From Nostocales cyanobacterium Centralia_MAG_434 (lineage in GTDB: Bacteria; Cyanobacteriota; Cyanobacteriia; Cyanobacteriales; Nostocaceae): 32,000 nt of DNA. A program made the translations under genes and the position numbers. A model generated the notes under the pieces. It was not told the DNA's origin. It was given only the letters and a program-made list of their open reading frames with translations, and made no database searches. The stretch is from the NCBI GenBank assembly GCA_021324415.1, contig JAJPJF010000396.1, forward strand, positions 2,730 through 34,729. The letters run 5' to 3'. Below, piece by piece: positions 8,743 through 15,805 of the stretch. The stretch's first letter is position 1. The number at the start of each line of letters is the position of its first letter.

Positions 8743-9062
8743 ATTTTCCCCTCAAAAATGGGCAGCCTTAATCCAAAACTGGCTAGTCTGAACACTAAAT
8801 GAATCAACCAAGAAGGCTGCCCATTTTTGTACGTGTTAGACCCAATCATATGTCCCTCCTTTCGGGTAATGTGAGCCTAGACAATGTTATTGAGCGGGAC
8901 ATCCAAACAGCACTAGCCTCAAACCCTCTAAGCTTGTTTAACCATTTGGTTGTAGAGCTACAGACTGGCATCACGTATCTGTAGGTACGAACTTAACCGC
9001 TTCTCAATAACGTAGTACCGAAGTACTTAGTCGGGTCAACTAGGGCTTACAACAACCGAGTC
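8743..9062 (-). ncRNA. candidate omega RNA scaffold of the IscB element (boundaries approximate)
   Basis: A 368-bp non-coding gap lies directly 5' of iscB on the same strand. It contains a 16-bp perfect stem (8754-8769 with 8813-8828) and a UUCG-tetraloop hairpin (9014-9027). It also has a 7-bp stem (8958-8964 with 8978-8984) and a long-range 9+3-bp helix (9003-9011 with 8886-8894). Confidence 0.6.
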
Positions 9063-9107
9063 GTTGCTGGAAGCCCACGGCTATAAGCCGTGGGTGTTGA
9101 CAAAGAA

Positions 9108-9911
9108 TTATCTCCTAAAAACTTCAGGTGAGATCCGTTGGTATGCAGGATGCCAAGAAAGCCATTTCCTTTCCAAAAATCCTGCTAATATATCAGCTAG
9201 CTTTCCCAAGGAGGCGTACAGCAAAATACTTAAAACTACGACATCAGTTTGCAGAAATTCACGGGCATTCATCGCCATGTAACCAATGCCAGAGTCAAAC
9301 GCAATAGTTTCACTAACAATAAGAGTTAACCACATAACTCCTAAAGCATAGCGTACACCAACTAGAATAGAAGGCAGAGCACTGGGAAGAATGATTTGCC
9401 AAAATAAAGACCAAGTGTTAAGTCCATAAACTTTTCCCATTTCAATTAGTTCTGGATCAACAGTTCGGATACCGTGAAAGGTGTTGATGTAAACAGGAAA
9501 TAATACACCTAAAGCAACTAAAAAAATTTTTCCCTCTTCCCCAACCCCAAACCACAAAATCACTAAGGGAATCATAGCCAAATGAGGAATATTACGCAAC
9601 ATTTGAATAGATGTGTCTAACAGGGTTTCAGCCAAAGGAATAATGCCATTAACTAACCCTAGAAGAAAGGCAATACTACCACCAATGAAAAAGCCAATCA
9701 CTGCCCGTTTAGTACTAATGCCAATGTGGTAGAATAATTCTCCAGACTTAGCAAGGCGAATTCCTGCAAGTACAACATCTACAGGTGTAGGTAATAATTT
9801 TGAGGAAATCCAGTCAAATTGAACGAGGAACTGCCAAATTATAACCAAGAGAATTGGAATAAACCAAGGAGCTAATCTATAAAAGCATTGATTAAAAGAT
9901 TTTGTCTTCAC
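9108..9911 (-). CDS. ssuC: aliphatic sulfonate ABC transporter permease
   Basis: 267-aa ORF that is polytopic and hydrophobic, with a BPD-type permease core (ETLLDTSIQMLRNIPHLAMIPLVILWFG). It sits next to ssuD and ssuA. Confidence 0.8.
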   Translation of the reverse strand: MKTKSFNQCFYRLAPWFIPILLVIIWQFLVQFDWISSKLLPTPVDVVLAGIRLAKSGELFYHIGISTKRAVIGFFIGGSIAFLLGLVNGIIPLAETLLDTSIQMLRNIPHLAMIPLVILWFGVGEEGKIFLVALGVLFPVYINTFHGIRTVDPELIEMGKVYGLNTWSLFWQIILPSALPSILVGVRYALGVMWLTLIVSETIAFDSGIGYMAMNAREFLQTDVVVLSILLYASLGKLADILAGFLERKWLSWHPAYQRISPEVFRR

Positions 9912-9950
9912 AGTAACAACATTTATAAATTATTAATTGTTAATGAACTG

Positions 9951-11078
9951 TTACTTAGGAAAGTTTTCAAAACCAATAAGTTCGCCAACAGGGCTAACCA
10001 TTTCAGTTTTATCTATGTTATTGATTTTCTGGATTGGCAAGCGAGGAAATAGTAATTCAGCAACTCGATAAGCTTCTTCTAAATGAGGATAACCGGAAAG
10101 AATAAATATATCAATTCCTAGAGCGGCATACTCTAGCATTCTGGCAACGACAGTATCAGGATCTCCTACCAAAGCTGTACCTGCACCACCTCGAACTAAC
10201 CCAACTCCTGCCCATAAATTTGGACTGATCTCCAGTACTTCTCGACTACCATTGTGTAGCTGTGTCATACGTTGTTGTCCTTGAGAGTCCATCCTGTCAA
10301 AAATTTTTCGGGCATTGGTGATCGCCTCATCGTCAACAAATTTAATCAATTGGTTAGCCGCCTCCCAAGCTTCAGTTGCAGTTTCTCGAACTATGATATG
10401 CAAGCGAATACCAAAACGGATAGTTCTACCTTGTTGTGCAGCTAATTCTTGGACAGACTTGATTTTTTCAGCTACATTTTGTGGTGTTTCTCCCCAAGTC
10501 AAATAAATATCGGCATGCTTGGCAGCAATCTGTTTTGCAATAGATGATGAACCACCAAACCATATAGGAAAGCGGGGAGATTGCACGGGAAGAAATAGTA
10601 GTCTACCTCCTTTGATGTGTAAATGATTACCACTAAAGTTAGTTTCATGACCAGATAAAATTTCTTTCCAAACGGTTAAAAACTCATCGGTTAATTCATA
10701 ACGTTGATCATGAGACAGATGCACTCCATCCCCTGCTAACTCCACGGGATCACCACCAGTGACAACGTGAGTTTGTAAACGTCCATTAGACAAACGATCA
10801 AACGTAGACGCCATTCTAGCAGCTACACCTGGAGACATCAATCCAGGACGAATCGCAACTAAAAAATACATTTTGCGTGTTATTGATATCAGGGATGAAG
10901 CCAAAATCCATGCATCTTCACAAGAACGTCCAGTGGGTAACAAAGCCCCGGAAAAACCTAAATTATCTACAGCAAGTGCAAGTTGTTGAAAATAACAAAA
11001 GTTGCATTCACGTCCACCAAATGATGTGGCTAAATATCGACCATCTCCATGTGTTGGAATAAACCAAAGTAATTCCAT
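9951..11078 (-). CDS. ssuD: FMNH2-dependent alkanesulfonate monooxygenase
   Basis: 375-aa ORF with long colinear similarity to E. coli SsuD as I recall it (WFIPTHGDGRYL; SCEDAW; ISPNLWAGVGLVRGGAGTALVGDPDTV; LSGYPHLEEAYRVAELLFP). Confidence 0.88.
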   Translation of the reverse strand: MELLWFIPTHGDGRYLATSFGGRECNFCYFQQLALAVDNLGFSGALLPTGRSCEDAWILASSLISITRKMYFLVAIRPGLMSPGVAARMASTFDRLSNGRLQTHVVTGGDPVELAGDGVHLSHDQRYELTDEFLTVWKEILSGHETNFSGNHLHIKGGRLLFLPVQSPRFPIWFGGSSSIAKQIAAKHADIYLTWGETPQNVAEKIKSVQELAAQQGRTIRFGIRLHIIVRETATEAWEAANQLIKFVDDEAITNARKIFDRMDSQGQQRMTQLHNGSREVLEISPNLWAGVGLVRGGAGTALVGDPDTVVARMLEYAALGIDIFILSGYPHLEEAYRVAELLFPRLPIQKINNIDKTEMVSPVGELIGFENFPK

Positions 11079-11158
11079 AAAATTCTTCCTCTTTGGCTAA
11101 ATAAGTCGGTGAGAATAAATGATTATTTCTCAAACTTCAGATAGTTTTTAAGTTTTAT

Positions 11159-12196
11159 TTACGATTTAGGTTGCCAAACAGCATCTGCTACTTTTACGGG
11201 TTTAGGAAGCATCTTAAGACGTAAAAAAGTATCAGCAACTTTTTGTTGTTCTGCAATAATTTGAGGGCTGATTGATTGGACATCGTAACGTTTCCTCCTA
11301 CTCTCAGCAAGCTCTAATGAAGGAGCATCAATTCCTAGCTGAGATGATAAAATATCAACAACTTCATGATGATTTTTTTTTGCCCAATTTCCTACTTCAT
11401 TAGTTGTTTTGAGAATTTGCTTGATAATTTCTGGATTTGTATCAGCATAGTGTTTTGATGTCACAAAAAATTCTCTCCATGATGCTATACCCTTACCATC
11501 TCTTAAAATTCGTGCTCCTCCATGTCGTTGAGCTGCAGCTAGGAATGGGTCCCAAATTCCCCAAGCATCTATGTTGCCCTGTTGAAATGCCGCACGAGCA
11601 TCGGCTGGGGAAAGATAGACAGGTTGAATGTCGCTATATTGCATTCCCGCAGACGCCAACGCTTGCGTCACCATAAAATGAGCACTTGAACCTTTCGTCA
11701 CACCAACTTTTTTACCTTTGAGGTCAGCCATAGTCCGAATGGGAGAATCGTTGCGGACTAAAATAGCCAAACCTTCTGGACTTGCTGAAGAATTACCAAC
11801 ATATACCAATGGCACACCAGCGGACTGAGCAAATACTGGTGGAGCCTCTCCCACAGATGCAAAGTCAATGCTGTTTGCATTTAAAGCTTCTAACATAGGA
11901 GGACCCGATGGAAATTCTAACCATTTGACAGTCACTCCAGAAGAGGAAAGCTGTTTTTCTAAACTGCCTTGATGCTTAACCAGTGCTAAGACTGCAGATT
12001 TCTGATAGCCTATGTTTACTACTTTAGGCGCTTGAACATTTCTAGAAGTGCAACCAGCAAATCCTAAACTTAGACATAAGCCTAGAGTAAATAGCAGTGT
12101 AAAAACTTTAGCTGAGTTTTGTTTCAGTAAGCTGAAGGATTGCCGGAAACAGCTTGTTAGCAACAACAGAGGCTTAAAAAGAACGTGAAAGTTCAT
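11159..12196 (-). CDS. ssuA: sulfonate ABC transporter substrate-binding lipoprotein
   Basis: 345-aa ORF with a signal peptide and lipobox (LGFAGC). It has an NMT1/SsuA-type binding fold (IGYQKSAVLALVK; GKKVGVTKGSSAHF). It is the first gene of the cluster. Confidence 0.78.
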   Translation of the reverse strand: MNFHVLFKPLLLLTSCFRQSFSLLKQNSAKVFTLLFTLGLCLSLGFAGCTSRNVQAPKVVNIGYQKSAVLALVKHQGSLEKQLSSSGVTVKWLEFPSGPPMLEALNANSIDFASVGEAPPVFAQSAGVPLVYVGNSSASPEGLAILVRNDSPIRTMADLKGKKVGVTKGSSAHFMVTQALASAGMQYSDIQPVYLSPADARAAFQQGNIDAWGIWDPFLAAAQRHGGARILRDGKGIASWREFFVTSKHYADTNPEIIKQILKTTNEVGNWAKKNHHEVVDILSSQLGIDAPSLELAESRRKRYDVQSISPQIIAEQQKVADTFLRLKMLPKPVKVADAVWQPKS

Positions 12197-12460
12197 GGCT
12201 TAACACCAAACCCTGAATAACTTAAGGTAGTTGCGTTGCAAGAGTGAAATTCTCGTTTGCCAGTTTATTATCTCAGAATTCTTTGTCTATTTTAGATTTC
12301 GGATTACAGATTATAGTTATCTTGAGACAATTGGACTTTGCTGAATCAAAATAGAATTTATAGTTTCAAAAGTCGGTGACATGATTTAGAATGGCTCATC
12401 ACTTGTACAAAAATCAGAAATCAGCATGAATTCTGGCTCCTGAATTCTTTCCTGTTAAAG

Positions 12461-12490
12461 CCGAAAAAGACCCTACAAAAAGGTCTTTTA
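12461..12490 (-). terminator. intrinsic terminator (minus strand) after the 12537..12749 gene
   Basis: aaagacc (12466-12472) pairs with ggtcttt (12482-12488). A T-run follows on the minus strand. Confidence 0.55.
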
Positions 12491-12536
12491 CCATCAAAAG
12501 GCTCTTATCACCGACTCCTTACAGGCCAGGCAGAGA

Positions 12537-12749
12537 TTAATCAAACTTAAGTGGTGGCGGTGGTTCTAATCCTTGGGCTTTCAAAAAATCTAATAACTGG
12601 ACTGTTCTACAAACTATGTCCCCAGGTTTTCTTCGGTTGTTGAAGTATCTCCTGACTGTATTCTCCTCAACTCCTAAAGCTTCAGATGCAGCAGCCTGGG
12701 TTGGATAGTTTTTTGATAGCATTTGTTTGACATACTCTTCTCTTGTCAT
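12537..12749 (-). CDS. small HTH protein
   Basis: 70-aa ORF. TQAAASEALGVEENTVRRYFNNRR is HTH-like. It is the last gene of the 15014->12537 minus-strand block. Confidence 0.5.
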   Translation of the reverse strand: MTREEYVKQMLSKNYPTQAAASEALGVEENTVRRYFNNRRKPGDIVCRTVQLLDFLKAQGLEPPPPLKFD

Positions 12750-12795
12750 AAAATTTCTTCTGCTACAGCTATAGTCCTCAGCGATCGCCTCCGCT

Positions 12796-13047
12796 TCACG
12801 CTGCTTGCGTTCTTGCCGCTTGTAATTGTTGTTCGCGCAGAATCTTTAGCTTGATGGACACTGAGGGAAAACTATTCAGATTCAAAGCTGGTAAATGTAT
12901 AACTTCTAACACTTGGGTTGTGACTCGAACTTTACCAATGCGAAGGAAAACAGTTTCGCCTAAGCGTGGGACAACTTGCACATAAGCTTGGATAGTCTCT
13001 TGTCCTGACACATTTGGTCGTGTGATATCAAAAGTTACTGGAATCAT
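12796..13047 (-). CDS. hypothetical protein
   Basis: 83-aa ORF, co-oriented with the block. No recognisable motif. Confidence 0.4.
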   Translation of the reverse strand: MIPVTFDITRPNVSGQETIQAYVQVVPRLGETVFLRIGKVRVTTQVLEVIHLPALNLNSFPSVSIKLKILREQQLQAARTQAA

Positions 13048-13075
13048 TTGTTGCCTCTACTTGGTTACAAAAAAA

Positions 13076-13110
13076 GGGAGCAGGGGGCAGGAAGCAGGAA
13101 GCAGGGAATA
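13076..13110. repeat. STRR-like heptamer tandem repeat (GGRRGCA x5)
   Basis: gggagca gggggca ggaagca ggaagca gggaata, in the intergenic gap between two minus-strand genes. Confidence 0.7.
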
Positions 13111-13127
13111 AAAAACTTTATCCCACA

Positions 13128-13640
13128 CTATAGGCATGTGGGTTCCCCTGCTCTCTGCTCCCTCTGAGATTGCAATCTAAATTGAATGCTGTGAATCATT
13201 TCGACCCAATCAGCATCTTTGTTCCATTCCCTGCGAAATCTGATTTTGGTTACTGCGTCGTAGAGCCTACAGAAAACCACGTTTTCTTCCCCAGGAGTGG
13301 CAGCGATAATTAGGGGCTTAGAAAAATCTTGAACTTGTGATACTGCCAGTAAAAATGTCTTGGCGAAGTTGGTTTCTATCCCGGTTCTAATAACATAAAG
13401 TTCGTCAGCCGAGACAACAATATCTAACTTAACGTTATCCTTCCCCTTAAATTCTTTCGTCGTCAATCGTAGTTGAGTTAGATAACCAGTTAATCCTTTC
13501 TGCTGTACAGGAATAGTTTTGTCGTTGTTAACATCGTAGCGATACCAGACATAGGGCTCACCGTTAAACTCGCCTTGATTGACGTAAAGATAAACAGGAT
13601 CAGGAGGATTGCACAAACCCAATTTAATTTCAGCAAGCAT
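13128..13640 (-). CDS. hypothetical protein
   Basis: 170-aa ORF. Its start overlaps the stop of the upstream gene (TAATG), which implies translational coupling. Confidence 0.55.
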   Translation of the reverse strand: MLAEIKLGLCNPPDPVYLYVNQGEFNGEPYVWYRYDVNNDKTIPVQQKGLTGYLTQLRLTTKEFKGKDNVKLDIVVSADELYVIRTGIETNFAKTFLLAVSQVQDFSKPLIIAATPGEENVVFCRLYDAVTKIRFRREWNKDADWVEMIHSIQFRLQSQREQRAGEPTCL

Positions 13641-13903
13641 TAAGGTTCCTCCGATTCATCTGGTGTGTCTGCAACTGTTCTTTGGACTTTCGCTTTATTT
13701 ATCTGAAACTCCGAAGCCTTAAGCACAGGCATTGCTGCATTTTTCACTGATGCTTTTGCTTGGTGGTAGAGGAATTGAACGACTCCGTCTGGATCTTCTT
13801 CTTCATCTACTTGTGCCCAGAGTGAGCAACCCAAATCAAGTGATTCGTACTGACCAAGATTGAATTTTCGACTGTAGGATATTGACACAGTTGTAATTTT
13901 CAT
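13640..13903 (-). CDS. hypothetical protein (acidic C-terminus)
   Basis: 87-aa ORF. It is translationally coupled to the downstream 170-aa ORF and lies 9 nt after the upstream ORF. Confidence 0.5.
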   Translation of the reverse strand: MKITTVSISYSRKFNLGQYESLDLGCSLWAQVDEEEDPDGVVQFLYHQAKASVKNAAMPVLKASEFQINKAKVQRTVADTPDESEEP

Positions 13904-13912
13904 TCACTACTC

Positions 13913-14125
13913 CTAATCTGATATTTCAACACTGAGTTGGGAGCATAAATCAGCAGCTTTAACACCAAAAACTCCTGGTTCAATTTCAGTTACTAATTTG
14001 TCCACTAGGGATTGAAACCCAGGATGACTATCGTTAATCTGCACCTCAGTCAAACCTGCAACATTCGAGACAACAATTGCCCAATTAGGTAATGTTTGAG
14101 GATTTTGTGTGGTGTAGAACTGCAT
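13913..14125 (-). CDS. hypothetical protein
   Basis: 70-aa ORF tightly packed with the following genes. A GGAG RBS lies upstream. Confidence 0.45.
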   Translation of the reverse strand: MQFYTTQNPQTLPNWAIVVSNVAGLTEVQINDSHPGFQSLVDKLVTEIEPGVFGVKAADLCSQLSVEISD

Positions 14126-14230
14126 TGTTACAACTCCGTTTTGGTATCAACATCTTAGTAGCCAGTTATTGCCCTTTTTATGAGTGAGCAATCGCTTGAA
14201 TGTTGACGCAACAAGAGTTAAATTTCTTCC

Positions 14231-14318
14231 GTATTTCTTCAGGTAAACTGGTATATTTAAACCAGAAAATATTGTAACTAGTCCACAGGGTGAGCATTTT
14301 GCTCACCTTCTTTTTCTA
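14231..14318 (+). ncRNA. candidate ~85-nt antisense sRNA
   Basis: A sigma70-like promoter reads TTGAAT (14196-14201), 17-bp spacer, TAAATT (14219-14224). There is an internal hairpin, ctggt/accag. The terminator is an 8-bp stem ggtgagca/tgctcacc (14289-14307) followed by ttctttttct. No plus-strand ORF is present. Confidence 0.3.
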
Positions 14319-15014
14319 CTAGGCAGCAAGTAACACTACAGTTTTGCAGAGCGGCTGATACTCCAAAAGTTGCTCCCATTCCTGAGTAGTCAATTGGTCA
14401 AACGGCTGGTCTAACAACTCTTCGTTGTGATCAGCACAGCATGAAGTTTCCACCATCCACAAAGACCACACAGCATCAGATGCAGAATCGCAGGGCACTT
14501 GGTTTTGATACTGGGATGAGGCGCGTACAACCCACCAGTTGCCATCAGTGCAACCAACTTGACCCAGTTTCACGTCGTTGTGGTAGATACCATCGTCCGT
14601 CAGTTCAAATCCGAACTCGTCACACGCTGCTGCAATTTGTGCCATGACTTCGTTACCAGTGGTTGCAGGTGCTTGTGTATCTACTTGCTGCTGTTGTACT
14701 GGCAATGTCCCTTGGGTGTAGTGCCATGTGATATAGCTATGGCACTTCGCCCAACTGTCAGCACGATGGATTTCCTCATCGTTGATCATTACCACCCAAC
14801 GCTGAGTCACAAAGTCATCGTCGTCATGGGTGATGCTGGCTATGAGTTTGTCGCCAGCGTAGATTTGGTGGTCGTAGAAGCTGATTTCAACTACTGTGAG
14901 TTCTTCTGGAGCTACGACTTCTGCTTGTGCTTCGAGGTAATTCTCTAGTTCGGCTTGGGCAACCGCTTGCTCATTAAGTGAGGGAGCTTGCTGTGCGTAA
15001 GCTAGGTGCGTCAT
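14319..15014 (-). CDS. acidic hypothetical protein, first gene of the minus-strand block
   Basis: 231-aa ORF rich in D, E and Q (DDDDFV; EELLDQPFDQLTTQEWEQLLEYQ). No family recognised. Confidence 0.55.
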   Translation of the reverse strand: MTHLAYAQQAPSLNEQAVAQAELENYLEAQAEVVAPEELTVVEISFYDHQIYAGDKLIASITHDDDDFVTQRWVVMINDEEIHRADSWAKCHSYITWHYTQGTLPVQQQQVDTQAPATTGNEVMAQIAAACDEFGFELTDDGIYHNDVKLGQVGCTDGNWWVVRASSQYQNQVPCDSASDAVWSLWMVETSCCADHNEELLDQPFDQLTTQEWEQLLEYQPLCKTVVLLAA

Positions 15015-15126
15015 AATGATATCTCTAAATCTGATAAAAAATTAGATTTTGACGAAAGGCGATTACTTTGCTTACCAGGCTGGGGTGATCGCCTTTTGTC
15101 TAACCTTACAATCTAATGTTAATATC

Positions 15127-15159
15127 TGTTATCCCACTTGTCAACATTTTGGGATAACA
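15127..15159. promoter_or_regulatory. operator-like inverted repeat tgttatccca-N13-tgggataaca in a divergent promoter region
   Basis: 10-bp perfect arms at 15127-15136 and 15150-15159. Further copies of the motif lie at 15185-15193 and 15584-15593. Confidence 0.5.
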
Positions 15160-15237
15160 AAAAAATACTACTTGTATGTACACTTGTTATCCCTAGGTTT
15201 TTATTGATAGCTTTAAAAAAACCACGAGGAAATTGCT

Positions 15238-15450
15238 ATGGCTGAATCAAGGCTAAACATTAGGATTTCACCAGAAAAGAAAGACGCTTTTTATCAAAAG
15301 GTTAAATACGAAGGGAAAAACGCCACTGACGTACTCATAGACTTGATTGACCAGTATCTTGGTAACAAAGTTGAGTCAGGCGAGATTTTAGAACTCAGAC
15401 AGCGAGTTGAAAAATTGGAAGAGGTGGTGCTGGGGGAAACAGCCGCCTGA
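15238..15450 (+). CDS. ribbon-helix-helix (CopG/Arc-like) protein
   Basis: 70-aa ORF. The N-terminal beta strand plus two helices read RLNIRISPEKKDAFYQKVKYEGKNATDVLIDLIDQYL. A GAGGA RBS lies upstream. Confidence 0.7.
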   Translation: MAESRLNIRISPEKKDAFYQKVKYEGKNATDVLIDLIDQYLGNKVESGEILELRQRVEKLEEVVLGETAA

Positions 15451-15509
15451 GAGAAGAGAATGAATCTCTCAGGCAATTACTAGAAAAACTCAAAGAAATG
15501 CTCAAGGAA

Positions 15510-15545
15510 AAACCCGCCAATTATTAGGCGGGTTTGCTGCTTTAA
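15510..15545 (+). terminator. intrinsic terminator
   Basis: aaacccgcc (15510-15518) pairs with ggcgggttt (15527-15535) around an 8-nt loop. A T-containing tail follows. Confidence 0.6.
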
Positions 15546-15805
15546 ATGGGTTGTATTTTTTGTGATAAAACTGTGCTACCATTTGGGATAACAAGCATGG
15601 TTCGTAAATGAGTTAACCACATGGAGGTGATGCATCCCTACTATTTGTGATAGCAAATGGCTACAAGCAGTAAAGAGGGGGTATAGGTAGTTTTTCTAAA
15701 CCTCTTAATTATGTTTTGTGCTTTCTAAAATGGGAAAAAACTAAATCCCAAGAGCGCTTGCCTCGAAAACATCGCTCCTGGGAAGTCTCACAAACTACAA
15801 AGTTC

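Noticed and set aside
7368-8791. Six overlapping ORFs on both strands within the iscB body (7368..7805, 7739..7963, 8075..8305, 8219..8407, 8525..8791, 7133..7450).
   Set aside because: They are shadow frames of the iscB and ssuB coding regions. Only the 7456..8739 frame carries the ordered RuvC and HNH motifs.
9074-9094. The hairpin after ssuC, considered as an ssuC intrinsic terminator.
   Set aside because: No U-tract follows it on the minus strand (gcuuccagc). It is kept only as a possible element-end hairpin.
8799-9282. Plus-strand ORFs 8799..8984 and 9064..9282 in the iscB leader and ssuC 3' end.
   Set aside because: They are on the opposite strand to the operon, have no RBS, and cut across the helices of the putative omega RNA and the ssuC frame.
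15436-15450. Programmed -1 ribosomal frameshift at the G5A3 run to produce the RHH extension.
   Set aside because: In the zero frame the sequence reads ctg ggg gaa aca and does not form an X XXY YYZ slippery heptamer. A mutation or sequencing indel is the simpler explanation.
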